Positions 40,194-50,490 are shown, counted from the stretch's first letter. The stretch: 64,000 nt of DNA from Vulcanimicrobiota bacterium (GCA_963714015.1 OY970223.1:1280001-1344000); one strand, 5' to 3'. The notes: generated from the letters alone by a model not told the origin. Translations and numbers: made by a program.

Positions 40194-40304
40194 AGCGGTT
40201 CCTAAGGGAAAGGGTGGCGACGCTTCTTGGGGCCGTCCGGTATAATCGAAGTAATCAGAGGCGACCCGTCTTGGGGCGCCTTTCCGGTCCTCAGGGGCTT
40301 CGAA

Positions 40305-40781
40305 ATGCGAATCAAATACGAGGTTTCGGCTGGTGGCCTTGTGCTGCGCCGGCGCGAGTCGACGTACGATGCTTTGCTCATCGGACGCGGCACCCCGCGT
40401 GTTTGGACGCTGCCCAAGGGTCATGTCGAACCCAAAGAGTCGCACGAGCAGGCCGCCCTTCGCGAAGTCCGCGAGGAGACCGGCTGCTGGGCGGAACTGA
40501 TAACGAAACTGAATGATATTTCTTACTGGTTCTACCTGAACCGCGCCAAGCACAAGAAATCGGTGACGTTTTACCTGATGCGCTACCTCTCGGGCGACAC
40601 GGCTAACCACGATCATGAAGTGGACGAAGCCCGGTGGTTCGACGTCGCCGCAGCGAAGAAGGCGCTGAAGTACGTCAACGAAAAGCGCCTCATCGATTTG
40701 GGCTTGGATTATCTGATGGCGAACCCGAGCGCGTTCGGCGACGTCGGCGTCACAAGGGTGGCCGAACAGAGAACCTCTTGA
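40305..40781 (+). CDS. NUDIX hydrolase
   Basis: LPKGHVEPKESHEQAALREVREETG Nudix box. Confidence 0.93.
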   Translation: MRIKYEVSAGGLVLRRRESTYDALLIGRGTPRVWTLPKGHVEPKESHEQAALREVREETGCWAELITKLNDISYWFYLNRAKHKKSVTFYLMRYLSGDTANHDHEVDEARWFDVAAAKKALKYVNEKRLIDLGLDYLMANPSAFGDVGVTRVAEQRTS

Positions 40782-41500
40782 ACGCCTCGGAATCTCTGCG
40801 GGTCAGCGTCGAGGTTTTCGACGGACCGCTCGACCTGCTTCTCAGTTTGGTCAAAGAACGCCAACTGGACATTGCTACCGTTCCGCTCGCTATCGTCGCG
40901 GAGCAATATTTGGCATACGTTTCCATGATGGAATCGCTGGACGTCGAGGTTGCGGCAGAATATTTGGTCATCGCCGCCACGCTCGTATTCTTGAAGTCAA
41001 AGGCATTGCTGCCGCCGATTCCCAGTGAGTTCCAGGACGAAGAAGCCGAGACGCCCGAGCAGGTCGAGGAGCGTCTGCGCCAGCGCCTGATCGCCTACTC
41101 CAAGTACCGCGAGGTCGGCGAAGATCTGCGCGCGCGCCAGTTGGAAGCGTCGTCTTATTTTTACCGCGACGCCGGCGATCCGGTCAGTGAACTGCGCCAG
41201 CGTTATCGCGTCGATCCGGAGAAACTCACCAGAGCGTTCATCGCGATGCTGCGCAGCGCTCGTCCCGAAAAACGAACGATTGCACGCGAGCGCCTTTCGC
41301 TTATGGCGTCCATGGACTATATCGCGCGCCGGGTCCGGGAAGAGGGTGAAGCCCATTTTTCCAAGCTCTGCCGGGAGCTGGGCATGGGTCGTGAATCGAT
41401 CATCGTCACGTTCCTGGCCATTTTGGAACTGATCCGCAGACATCGCGTCGGTTACGATCAACCCGAGCTTTTCGACGACATCCGCATCTTTGCATTATGA
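40778..41500 (+). CDS. scpA: Segregation and condensation protein A
   Basis: FDGPLDLLL, AAEYLVIAATL, IVTFLAILEL. Confidence 0.95.
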   Translation: MNASESLRVSVEVFDGPLDLLLSLVKERQLDIATVPLAIVAEQYLAYVSMMESLDVEVAAEYLVIAATLVFLKSKALLPPIPSEFQDEEAETPEQVEERLRQRLIAYSKYREVGEDLRARQLEASSYFYRDAGDPVSELRQRYRVDPEKLTRAFIAMLRSARPEKRTIARERLSLMASMDYIARRVREEGEAHFSKLCRELGMGRESIIVTFLAILELIRRHRVGYDQPELFDDIRIFAL

Positions 41501-42114
41501 ACACCACAGACGAAATTCCGCTCGACTCGGAGGCGTTGGACTCAGCGGTAGAGCTCCTCAGGCGGCCTATCGAAGCGCTGCTCTTCGTCGCCGGCGAAGC
41601 ACTTACGATCAAACAGATCGCTAAGCTCACGCACGTACCGGAGACGCACGTTGCCGCCGCGCTTGCGCAGCTGGAGGCCGACTATGCCGATCGCGGCATC
41701 GTGCTGCGCGAGGTCGCCGGCGGTTACCGCTTTGCCAGTGCCCCGGCGGCACGTGAGATCGTCGAGGCGTACCTGATGCCGCCCAAATCCAACCTCTCCA
41801 CTCCCGCACTCGAAACATTGGCAATCGTTGCGTACATGCAGCCCGTAACGAAGAGCGAGATCGAGTCGATCCGCGGCGTCGCGTCGGACAGCGTCGTTTC
41901 TACGCTGCTGGACCGCACGCTCATAGCCGAGGCCGGGCGCAAAGACGTCGTCGGCCGTCCGATGCTCTACAAGACGACGCCGGAGTTCTTGGAATCGTTT
42001 GGACTGCGCTCGACCGACGATCTCCCGCCGATGGAACTCGAGCAGGGCCAACCGCTCGAACTCGATCTGCTCACCGCGAACATCACGGCCAACGCGCCGG
42101 AATCAGGAGAATGA
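41497..42114 (+). CDS. scpB: Segregation and condensation protein B
   Basis: IEALLF, ALETLAIVAYMQPVT, GRPMLYKTT, FLESFGL. Confidence 0.95.
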   Translation: MNTTDEIPLDSEALDSAVELLRRPIEALLFVAGEALTIKQIAKLTHVPETHVAAALAQLEADYADRGIVLREVAGGYRFASAPAAREIVEAYLMPPKSNLSTPALETLAIVAYMQPVTKSEIESIRGVASDSVVSTLLDRTLIAEAGRKDVVGRPMLYKTTPEFLESFGLRSTDDLPPMELEQGQPLELDLLTANITANAPESGE

Positions 42115-42232
42115 AGGACGCCTCGGTTCCACCGGCAGAGGATTACGCCCGGCACCGGATCGGTTATTCTCCGTCCGACGATCGAGCTTTCGTACAGCCA
42201 CTTTTTCTACCTCGCGAATAAGCCTTAGCATA

Positions 42233-43087
42233 ATGCGCTTGGGCGTCCACGTCCGCGTGGCAAAGGGATACACGGCGGCGATCGAATACGCAAAGCGCGT
42301 CAACTGCACGGCGGTCCAGATCTTTTCCAGCAATCCGCGCAGCTATCGAACCAGCGCGCCCAACCGGCCCGCGCTGGAAGCCTTTCGCGAAGCGCGCCGC
42401 GAGGCCGGCATCGATCCGTGCGTCATCCATACGCCGTACTTGATTAACTTGGCCAGCGACGATCCGAAGATTGCCGGTGGTTCTCTGGGCCTGCTGAAGT
42501 ATGATTTATCCGTTGCCGGAATCGCCGGAGTAACGTACGTGAACACCCACTTGGGATCGTACGGCCGGCGCGACCGAAACGAAGGATTCGCCGGAGCATG
42601 CCGTTTGCTCGAAGCGGCGCTCGATGCGATTCCCGCCGGCGTCCATTTGGTAATGGAGAATTCCGCCGGAGCGGGGTCGTTGTGCGGGGGCACGTTGGAG
42701 GAATTGGGACGCTTCGTCAAGGCACTCGGCCATCCGCGGCTCGGCGTCTGTCTCGATACCGCCCATGCATGGGCGGCCGGCTACGAAATCAACTCTCAGC
42801 GCGGAGTCGACGATTTCATCTATCAAGCCGCCGAACAAATCGGATGGGATCGCGTCCATATGTTTCACTTCAACGACACCGAAGTGCCGCTGGGAGGGAA
42901 TCGCGATCGCCATCACCACATCGGCGAAGGAAACATCGGCTTCGAAGGTTTCCGCGCGTTTGCGATGCGACCCGAAATGCGCGAGAAAACCGCAATCCTG
43001 GAAACACCGGGTGAAGAAGCGGACGATCTGCGCAACATGGAGACGATTCGCGCAATCTTCCGCGGTGCCGGCCACATCGTGGACTAA
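42233..43087 (+). CDS. nfo: Endonuclease IV
   Basis: HTPYLINL, MENSAG, CLDTAH, HFND, DRHHHIGEG, ILETP. Confidence 0.95.
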   Translation: MRLGVHVRVAKGYTAAIEYAKRVNCTAVQIFSSNPRSYRTSAPNRPALEAFREARREAGIDPCVIHTPYLINLASDDPKIAGGSLGLLKYDLSVAGIAGVTYVNTHLGSYGRRDRNEGFAGACRLLEAALDAIPAGVHLVMENSAGAGSLCGGTLEELGRFVKALGHPRLGVCLDTAHAWAAGYEINSQRGVDDFIYQAAEQIGWDRVHMFHFNDTEVPLGGNRDRHHHIGEGNIGFEGFRAFAMRPEMREKTAILETPGEEADDLRNMETIRAIFRGAGHIVD

Positions 43088-43129
43088 GGGCCGGGACCAC
43101 CGCCGGCTGAGCCGAATACTTCAGCGGCA

Positions 43130-44176
43130 ATGATAGCGCACTTCGACGTCGACGCTTTCTATGCGAGCGTCGAGATTCGCGACGATCCGTCTCTGCGCGG
43201 AAAGCCGGTTGCGGTTGCCGGTTCGAGCCGCCGCGCGGTGGTGCTGACCGCATCCTACGAAGCACGGCCGTTCGGCGTAAAGTCCGCCGTGCCGCTCTAC
43301 AAAGCCATGGCGGCTTGCCCGCAGCTCGTCGTCGTGCGCCCCAATATGCAGAAATACCATCAAGTCTCACAGCAGATTTTCGCCATTTTTGAACGGCGCG
43401 GTCATCCGGTGCAAGGTCTGTCGATGGACGAAGCCTTTGTCGATCTCGGCCCCGTGATGCTGGACGAAGCGCTCCAAACAGCTCGCGCGATTCGTGCGGA
43501 AGTGGCGCAAAGTGTCGGGCTTACCGTAAGCGGCGGCGTCGCGACCGGAAAAATGATCGCGAAAATTCTTTCCGACTCGTGTAAGCCGGACGGTCTGCAG
43601 GGGCTTGCCCCCGGAGAGGAAGCCGCATTCCTGGCCCCGATGCCGGTGGGCTTATTGTGGGGCGTGGGACCAAAAACGCAGGCCCGGCTCGTTGCACGCG
43701 GCATCGCCACGATCGGCGACGTCGCCGCTTTGAGTGAGGAGCATGCCCGCGCGATATTCGGAAGTTGGGGAATCGAGCTGAGGGAACTTGCGAGCGGCGT
43801 GGACCGGCGTCCGGTGGAGGGCGACCGCGAGACAAAGTCGATTTCGACCGAAGAGACGTTCGAATACGACGTGCGCGACGAAGATCGCCTGCGCGAGATA
43901 TTGAAAGAACAGGCGATCGAACTGGCTGAGAAGCTTCGTCACGAAGACCTTTGCGCGTGCACCGTCGGCATCAAAATCAAACGCTCGGATTTCACGAGCG
44001 TCGTCCGTCAAGCGAACCTATCGGAGCCGACGTCCGACCCCCGGCGCATCTTTCAGACGGCTGCGCACTGTCTTCGCCGGGCCCAGACTCGCGGGGGCTC
44101 CGGTGCGACTGCTCGGGACGAGGGTCGCGTCGCTCGTACCCGGATCTCCGAAACAACAGAGCCTTTTCGCAAATAG
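43130..44176 (+). CDS. dinB: DNA polymerase IV (probable frameshift near the 3' end)
   Basis: HFDVDAFYASVE, ASYEARPFGV, SMDEAF, KPDG; LLGTRV continues in another frame. Confidence 0.93.
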   Translation: MIAHFDVDAFYASVEIRDDPSLRGKPVAVAGSSRRAVVLTASYEARPFGVKSAVPLYKAMAACPQLVVVRPNMQKYHQVSQQIFAIFERRGHPVQGLSMDEAFVDLGPVMLDEALQTARAIRAEVAQSVGLTVSGGVATGKMIAKILSDSCKPDGLQGLAPGEEAAFLAPMPVGLLWGVGPKTQARLVARGIATIGDVAALSEEHARAIFGSWGIELRELASGVDRRPVEGDRETKSISTEETFEYDVRDEDRLREILKEQAIELAEKLRHEDLCACTVGIKIKRSDFTSVVRQANLSEPTSDPRRIFQTAAHCLRRAQTRGGSGATARDEGRVARTRISETTEPFRK

Positions 44177-44201
44177 TAAACAGTAAGAGGAGTAACAGCC
44201 G

Positions 44202-44522
44202 ATGATCGTGGTCACCACCGAGAACATCTCCGGACGCCGCGTTGCCAAGACCATGGGTCAGGTCTTCGGTGTAGTCGTGCGCAGCCGCGGACTGGGCGGG
44301 AACATCATGGCCGGTTTGCGATCGATCGTAGGCGGCGAAATTACGGAGTACACGCAATTACTGGAAGAGGCGCGCCGCCACGCCGTGGATCGCATGGTCC
44401 AGAACGCGCAGACCATGGGCGCCGATGCTGTCGTGATGATGCGTTTCGATTCGTCCGAAATCGGTCAGAGCATGAGCGAGATCGTCGCTTACGGCACGGC
44501 CGTCCTTTTGGAACCGGCCTAA
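44202..44522 (+). CDS. YbjQ/UPF0145 family protein
   Basis: IVGGEITEY, MGADAVV, AYGTAV. Confidence 0.92.
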   Translation: MIVVTTENISGRRVAKTMGQVFGVVVRSRGLGGNIMAGLRSIVGGEITEYTQLLEEARRHAVDRMVQNAQTMGADAVVMMRFDSSEIGQSMSEIVAYGTAVLLEPA

Positions 44523-44523
44523 G

Positions 44524-44805
44524 ATGCTGCGCCTTTTCGTAGCCGGCATTGGCGTACTCTGTTTGATCGGCGCCGTCTTGATCGGTCTTACAGTGCATAT
44601 AGCCTGGGCAGGCTCCGTGCAGCTTGCGGTATTCGGCCTGTTGATTCTGGGCAGTCTGCTCTTCGAACGGCATTACCGCGGGCGCTCGGCGCAAGGGTTG
44701 GGTTTGCAGCAAACCGGAGAACGCTTCGTCGATCCGGTCTCCGGCGCGCTGACCGAGGTGCTATACAATCCTAAAACCGGCGAGCGCGTCTACCGCGACG
44801 TTTGA
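44524..44805 (+). CDS. Small membrane protein
   Basis: Two TM then FERHYR and TGERFVDPVSG...TGERVY. Confidence 0.75.
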   Translation: MLRLFVAGIGVLCLIGAVLIGLTVHIAWAGSVQLAVFGLLILGSLLFERHYRGRSAQGLGLQQTGERFVDPVSGALTEVLYNPKTGERVYRDV

Positions 44806-46976
44806 CCGTAGACCGTCTTCGCCGGCTGCCAGCGATCGGAGCTGTCAACGGTTCCCGGCAGACGCGCGGCCTGCAGTTCGGAGAGAAACTCCGGGGCCGT
44901 CACACCGCGCGTAGGGCGTTCGTGCGCCGTAACCAAGACGCTTCTTCGCGCGCGGCGCATCGCGTACACGAATGCGCGGCGTTCTTCGCGGTTGTATGCC
45001 TCGCGCGCTTTGCTTGCAAACATATAATACGTGAATTTCGCCGTGCGCGCCGCGCGAGCTTCGCCGACGTTCTCTTTTGCTATCATTCCCAGACTCGGAC
45101 TATACAGGAATGCATCGGGTACATACCACCGGGGGAAGCATCCGGCTCGTACGTTCGGCAGCATCACGTGATCGAACTCGCGGCCTCGCGCGGCATCGAT
45201 GCTCAGAATGCGCACGGCGCCTGCGACCTCTCGCAGTTCGCAGGACTCAAAGGCGCTCTGCATGCGCCGCTCCGCATCTTCCAGGAAATCGCCGATCGTT
45301 GCGTGCGGATGCTGCTTGGAGTACCGTTCCATGCGGTCGTCCAATCGGCGCAGCACCAGCTGCTGATACGCTGAGCGCGCGCTTGCGGCCGGCCCGCTGC
45401 GAGCAAGACCTTCACTCCAAATCAGCCGAACCGCCGCGCGCAGCGAGTGAGTGCGCAAAGCTTCGACCCAGCGCGACCGGAGTTCGCGGAATCTGCGCAG
45501 GCGCGCAAGCGCATCCGCGTCCAAGTCGTAGTCGCGATCGCCGCGCAGGACGTTCCACCCAAGCCGAAGGTCGCGTTTGGGATCCCAGCGCCGGCCGGTC
45601 GATTCTGAAAGATCGGCGAGCGGTTCGCTAAAAAGCAAGGTCTGCGCATCCGCCGGATCGCCGCAAAGGCTAGCAATGGCGGCGTCGGAAAGCGCCAGCG
45701 CCCCGCCCGCCAGAACGCGAAGCAGATAATCGTGCCGGAACGGATCGTGAACCGCCCAGAGCAGTGCAAGAGCGTCGAGAGCTTCGGCTTCGCTGAAGAC
45801 GTTCAGGTCGCCGGCGACTTGAACGCGCACGTTGCGCTCCAAGAGCGCGTCACGGTACGGACCGATCGTTTGAACCGAGCGGAAGATGACCGCAATGTCG
45901 TCGTGAGCGACTCCGGCGTTGAGGAGTTCGATGACCCGATCGGCGATGAATTGCGCCTCTGCGCGTCGCGTGGTCGCTCGGAACAGTCGCAGGCCCACGG
46001 CCGGATCGGTGCTGACCGGCGGCGATCCGCTTGCGCCCGAAAGATGGCGGCACGCGACGTCCACCGCAAAAGGGCTGCGCCGCTGCTCCTCGAGTGCGAT
46101 TCGCGGACCCTGTACCGCGAATACCCGGTCCGGTCTAGCCCCCCGGAACGTCGACGTTGCCGACTCTGGATCCCCGGCGAGCGTCACTCCGTCTAAATCC
46201 GCACCGTAGATTGCCTGCAGAAACTGCAACTCCCCGAGCGTGAACTCTTGCACGTCGTCCGCGAAAACCAGCGGAAAGCGGGCGCGCATTTTTGCGGCAG
46301 TTTCAGTCGCTTTTTCCAGGAGTGACGCGGCTTGCGCGACGGCGTCGCGGCCGGTCAGACACCCGTGCCGAACGGGATGATCCAAGTACGAGCGGTAGAG
46401 CTTCGCCAGAATCTTTGCGAGGTCGATCTCGCGCCGGTATTGACGCCCGAGCTCTGTGGGGTCGACGTCAAGTGAGTCGCGGTAGCTGTCTTTCGTATAA
46501 AACAGCAGGTTCGGATTTGCAAAATTAGGCGGGTTGGCGTAAAACTGCGCGGCACCGCGCAGGGCGCTTTCGAGAAATTGGTCGGGAGAGATGCGCGCGT
46601 CCAGCAGTTTGCAAAACAGCCGGAAAGCCGCCTCCAAGAAACGCTGCGGCGCGCGCAGTCCGGGGATCTCCGGATCGACTTCCGCTTCGATGAACTCCGT
46701 CCACTCAAGCGTCAGCAGCGAATGCGCGGACTCTTCGAACAACCTGGCGGCACGCGCATCGTCGACCGTTTCGCTGCCTTCCAAAAGTTCCACCGCGAGG
46801 GTCTGTATGCTCTCGATGGTGACGTTCGGGTGAACGACCCCTTTGCGCAGCTCGAGCAACGCCGAAGAAGAGGACGACGTTATAAGTACCGGAGATTGCT
46901 GCGCTGCAGAACTTGCCCGCTGCAGCAAGAGCGTCGTTTTGCCGGAACCGGCGGGGCCGACGATGAAATTGCTCAC
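44790..46976 (-). CDS. UvrD/AddA-like SF1 helicase with degenerate motifs, no nuclease domain
   Basis: GPAGSGKT, FADDVQE, GDPESATSTFRGA, ARGREF, EERRAFVYAMRRAR. Confidence 0.85.
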   Translation of the reverse strand: MSNFIVGPAGSGKTTLLLQRASSAAQQSPVLITSSSSSALLELRKGVVHPNVTIESIQTLAVELLEGSETVDDARAARLFEESAHSLLTLEWTEFIEAEVDPEIPGLRAPQRFLEAAFRLFCKLLDARISPDQFLESALRGAAQFYANPPNFANPNLLFYTKDSYRDSLDVDPTELGRQYRREIDLAKILAKLYRSYLDHPVRHGCLTGRDAVAQAASLLEKATETAAKMRARFPLVFADDVQEFTLGELQFLQAIYGADLDGVTLAGDPESATSTFRGARPDRVFAVQGPRIALEEQRRSPFAVDVACRHLSGASGSPPVSTDPAVGLRLFRATTRRAEAQFIADRVIELLNAGVAHDDIAVIFRSVQTIGPYRDALLERNVRVQVAGDLNVFSEAEALDALALLWAVHDPFRHDYLLRVLAGGALALSDAAIASLCGDPADAQTLLFSEPLADLSESTGRRWDPKRDLRLGWNVLRGDRDYDLDADALARLRRFRELRSRWVEALRTHSLRAAVRLIWSEGLARSGPAASARSAYQQLVLRRLDDRMERYSKQHPHATIGDFLEDAERRMQSAFESCELREVAGAVRILSIDAARGREFDHVMLPNVRAGCFPRWYVPDAFLYSPSLGMIAKENVGEARAARTAKFTYYMFASKAREAYNREERRAFVYAMRRARRSVLVTAHERPTRGVTAPEFLSELQAARLPGTVDSSDRWQPAKTVYGQTSR

Positions 46977-48214
46977 CGGCCGAAACGGTCCTCTCCGGGA
47001 TAAGGACGGACGAGGCACGCGAGTTGATATGCGCAATACGCGCAGGCCGACGGATCTTCGGCACCGCGAAAGAATGCGATCGTTCCCGACGTCAGTTCGC
47101 GGCAGATTTCCACCATGCGCGAGCGCGCGCGTTCCAATTCCGCTACCGGAAGCACGCCCGTAGCGGAATGTGAAACCGCGCCGGATGCCGAGACCGGAAC
47201 CACTTCCAAGACGATGGGACGCACTTCGAGCAACGCGTCTTTAAGGGGAACGAGCGCGAGCTTCCACACCCGGTCACCCGCTTGAGTACGCGCCCAATAG
47301 TAAAACGGCAATTGAAAATCTTTGAACAGCCGAACCTTCTCCCGGTACTCCGAAGCGCTCGCGGCGATCGTTCCGGTCTTGTAGTCGACGACGCTCAGAG
47401 CGCCCGTCCGATCGTCCCGGTCGACGCGATCGATGTAGCCGACGAAGTCGAAGCCGTCGAGCTGCATCTCGACCGGAACCTCACAGCCGACGATCGTGAA
47501 AGGCGTTCGCCGCGACTCGGCGACCAGCCACTGGACGTATTTTCGCGCAGTCCGGCGAGCGCGCCGCACCTGAAGCTCGAACTCGACCGGCGTTTCGAAG
47601 CTGGCGCGAAACCGGTCGAACGCCGCATTGACGTATCCGAGGAGTTTGCGATCTAACTCTCGCGGATCCGCGGTACCCGGACGCGGATATTCGTGATGCA
47701 GGTTTTCGAGCGCCGAGTGGAACGCCGTTCCATAATAAGAAGCCGACGAGCCTTTGTCCTCGACTGCCGCGCAGACGTAGCGGTAGTACCACTTGCGCGG
47801 GCACTCGACGTACGTGTTGAGCTGGGATGCGCTGAACCGCGCAGTTGCTCCGCGCACGCCCGATGCCGGAATCGCCGATGCCGGCTCGCAAAGCGAAAAG
47901 TCCGCTTCTTCGTCAAAGCGGTCGACGTTTTCCGCTGTTTCGCTCACCCAGCCGTCCAGCTTTGCGTCGTCCCGCAATGCGCCGTAAAAAGCCAAAAGAC
48001 GTTCCCGGTCCTCGCCCGAAACGGCAATGCGCTCTTCGGCAATCAATTGGATGAGCGAGATTTCACGCTGCGAAAGCGCGACGTAAGCGGCGGCGACTTC
48101 ATGGGGAACGCCCGAGAAAGGCGAGCGCAGCAGGTTCGCGGCGTGCCGCTCGTCGCGCGATTCTTTCCAGGAGGCGGCCGCCGCGAGAAAAGCATGAAAC
48201 TCCGCAGATTGCAC
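46973..48214 (-). CDS. PD-(D/E)xK RecB/AddB-family nuclease with four-Cys Fe-S motif
   Basis: SASQLNTYVECP, GTAFH, GYIDRVD, VDYKTG, QLPFY, CAYCAYQLAC. Confidence 0.88.
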   Translation of the reverse strand: MQSAEFHAFLAAAASWKESRDERHAANLLRSPFSGVPHEVAAAYVALSQREISLIQLIAEERIAVSGEDRERLLAFYGALRDDAKLDGWVSETAENVDRFDEEADFSLCEPASAIPASGVRGATARFSASQLNTYVECPRKWYYRYVCAAVEDKGSSASYYGTAFHSALENLHHEYPRPGTADPRELDRKLLGYVNAAFDRFRASFETPVEFELQVRRARRTARKYVQWLVAESRRTPFTIVGCEVPVEMQLDGFDFVGYIDRVDRDDRTGALSVVDYKTGTIAASASEYREKVRLFKDFQLPFYYWARTQAGDRVWKLALVPLKDALLEVRPIVLEVVPVSASGAVSHSATGVLPVAELERARSRMVEICRELTSGTIAFFRGAEDPSACAYCAYQLACLVRPYPGEDRFGR

Positions 48215-48274
48215 GCGACCTCTTTGGGAGTTTTGGGGAGGCTACCCTGCTCGCTGTGTATAACGCGAAACCGC

Positions 48275-48841
48275 ATGCGGATCGTCGTCGGAGTCAGCGG
48301 CGCCAGCGGCAGCCTGTACGCCTACCGCGCCTTGGAGTCGTTACGCGCCGCAGGCGTCGAGACGCATCTAGTTGTGAGCGAGCAGGCGCGCCGAACGATC
48401 GAGCTGGAGACCGACAAGAGCGTGCGCGACTTCGAAGCGCTGGCCTGGGCGGTTCACCGCGAGGGCGATCTCGCCGCGTCGATCTCGAGCGGATCGTTTC
48501 TGACCGACGGCATGCTCGTCATCCCTTGCTCCATCCGCAGCGCTTCCGCCATCGCGCACTCGCTGAATTCGACGCTGCTGGTGCGAGCCGCAGACGTGTG
48601 CCTCAAAGAGCGCCGCAAACTGGTCTTAGTCGTGCGCGAGACGCCGCTGCACGTCGGTCACCTTCGCACATTGACGCAATTGGCAGAGATGGGCGCAGTG
48701 ATCTTGCCTCCGATGGTGGCGATGTACGCCAAGCCGAAGACGGTGGACGACGTCATCGCCCACACAGTCGGAAAGGCACTCGATCAATTCGGAATCGATC
48801 AGGCGCTGTTCAAGCGCTGGGAGACTCCGCAGTCACACTAA
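48275..48841 (+). CDS. ubiX: Flavin prenyltransferase UbiX
   Basis: GVSGASG, ISSGSF, RAADVCLKERR, RETPL. Confidence 0.95.
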   Translation: MRIVVGVSGASGSLYAYRALESLRAAGVETHLVVSEQARRTIELETDKSVRDFEALAWAVHREGDLAASISSGSFLTDGMLVIPCSIRSASAIAHSLNSTLLVRAADVCLKERRKLVLVVRETPLHVGHLRTLTQLAEMGAVILPPMVAMYAKPKTVDDVIAHTVGKALDQFGIDQALFKRWETPQSH

Positions 48842-49739
48842 ACAGCAGCAGCGTCGTGGACGAGTAGACCGTACCGGCGCGCAGCAGCGTCGACGGAAAT
48901 TCCGGGTGGTTCGGCGAGTCGGGGAAATGTTGCGTTTCCAAGGCGAAGCCGCTTGGGTCGCCGGTGTAAAACTGGACGGCCGGCTCGGTGGTCTGCACTT
49001 CGAGGACGCGTCCGCTCACCGGATCGCCGGCCAATGCGGCCCGCCGTAAACCCTCGCCTGCCAAGACCAAGTTGACGTCGTACGGATCGGATCCAATCGG
49101 CCGCGGCTCCCGGAAGTCGAATCGAGTACCTTCGACGCTCTCTACCGCTCCGGTCGGTATGAGGCGATCGTCTACGGGCGTGTAAGAGTTCGCAAATATC
49201 TGGACGATCTGCTGGCCGCAACGGCCGCTGCCGGCAAGATTGAAGTAGCTGTGGTTCGTCAGATTCACAACAGTATCGCGATCGCTTACCGCTGTGTAAG
49301 AAACGCGCAGACCGCGCGGCGTCAATTGATACGACACCGAAGCCTCGAGCGTCCCTGGAAATCCTTGATCGCCGTCCGGACTGGTGTAAGCAAAAGCAAC
49401 GCGATCGCTATCGGAGTAGACCGTGCGCCATATCACCGCATCGAACCCGCGCGGTCCCCCATGCAGCACGTTCGCGCCTTCGTTCGCGTCCAATTGATAT
49501 GTTTTTCCGTCAATCACCAACCGTGCGCCGGCGATGCGATTGGCGTACCGCCCGATCGCCGCGCCGCGATAGGTTCGCTCCGGACCTTCGCGCGCGTACT
49601 GCGCGAGATCGTCGAAATGCAAAACGACGTTGGCGCGCTCGCCTTTACGATCCGGAACGTGGATTGCCAGGATCGTCGCGCCGTAATTCATGAGATCGAC
49701 GGAGAGTTCCGCCGCGTTTAATTCGTAGCGCTCGAACAT
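48810..49739 (-). CDS. galM: Aldose 1-epimerase
   Basis: GRYANRI, LHGG, NLTNHSYFNL, QFYTG, LETQHFPD. Confidence 0.93.
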   Translation of the reverse strand: MFERYELNAAELSVDLMNYGATILAIHVPDRKGERANVVLHFDDLAQYAREGPERTYRGAAIGRYANRIAGARLVIDGKTYQLDANEGANVLHGGPRGFDAVIWRTVYSDSDRVAFAYTSPDGDQGFPGTLEASVSYQLTPRGLRVSYTAVSDRDTVVNLTNHSYFNLAGSGRCGQQIVQIFANSYTPVDDRLIPTGAVESVEGTRFDFREPRPIGSDPYDVNLVLAGEGLRRAALAGDPVSGRVLEVQTTEPAVQFYTGDPSGFALETQHFPDSPNHPEFPSTLLRAGTVYSSTTLLLFSVTAESPSA

Positions 49740-49741
49740 CT

Positions 49742-50485
49742 CTAGACCAACCCCTCGGCCAGCGCGACGTCGCTGAGCCGATCGACGTTGACGGCAATCT
49801 CGGGATACGGCGAGACAACGGCGCGCACTCGGGCGCCGATGACGCGCGAAGCACGTTCTTCGGCGTTCGCAATGGAAAGGCGCCGCGTTGCGAAGCGGAG
49901 CAGGACGCGAAAACCGAAGAGCCGCGCCAGCGCGAGCGGGTTCTTGCGCGCGCGACCGAGCCGTTCGATGAACCGCTCGAGCGAAGGAAAGATCCGCGGC
50001 CGGATCGTCACCAGGCCGGTCCCGCAGAACGTTCCGTCGCGCAGCCGCGCCCATGTATGCGGTACGCCGGGATATTTCCGAAAGTGCGCTCGCTGCTCCA
50101 CGCAGCCGTACGTCAGATCCGCATCGCATTCAACGGCGCGCAAAATAAAATCATCGACCGACTGCGGCGTAAGCACGGGCAGGTCCGAGGTGCTCACGAG
50201 CACGTCCTGATCGGGCGCGAGCCCGGCCAGTCCGCTGCGCAGGCTGTCCCGGATCCGTTTTCCGTCCGGCCGAAACTCGTCCGCCAGGGCCAGCGCCGGA
50301 TGTCCTTGCGCCGACAGGGGCGCGACGACGATGATGCGTCCGACCGCGGAAGACGATCTCAGGGCGCGAAGGGTTCGCTCGACCAGCGCCGTCCCCCCGA
50401 TTGCGAGGAATGCCTTGTTCGGCGCCCCCGGAGTGCGGAGCGCGAGTTCGTCGCGCGGGCCGCCTGCCAGAACGATGGCCGTCAT
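49742..50485 (-). CDS. Nucleotidyltransferase family protein (MobA-like)
   Basis: AIVLAGG, NKAFLAIGG, TSDLP, NVD. Confidence 0.8.
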   Translation of the reverse strand: MTAIVLAGGPRDELALRTPGAPNKAFLAIGGTALVERTLRALRSSSAVGRIIVVAPLSAQGHPALALADEFRPDGKRIRDSLRSGLAGLAPDQDVLVSTSDLPVLTPQSVDDFILRAVECDADLTYGCVEQRAHFRKYPGVPHTWARLRDGTFCGTGLVTIRPRIFPSLERFIERLGRARKNPLALARLFGFRVLLRFATRRLSIANAEERASRVIGARVRAVVSPYPEIAVNVDRLSDVALAEGLV

Positions 50486-50490
50486 ACCGA

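Noticed and set aside
46973..48214. Cas4 or defence-system assignment for the Fe-S nuclease (and for the HNH at 56371)
   Set aside because: No cas genes, array or methylase; context and motifs fit housekeeping families
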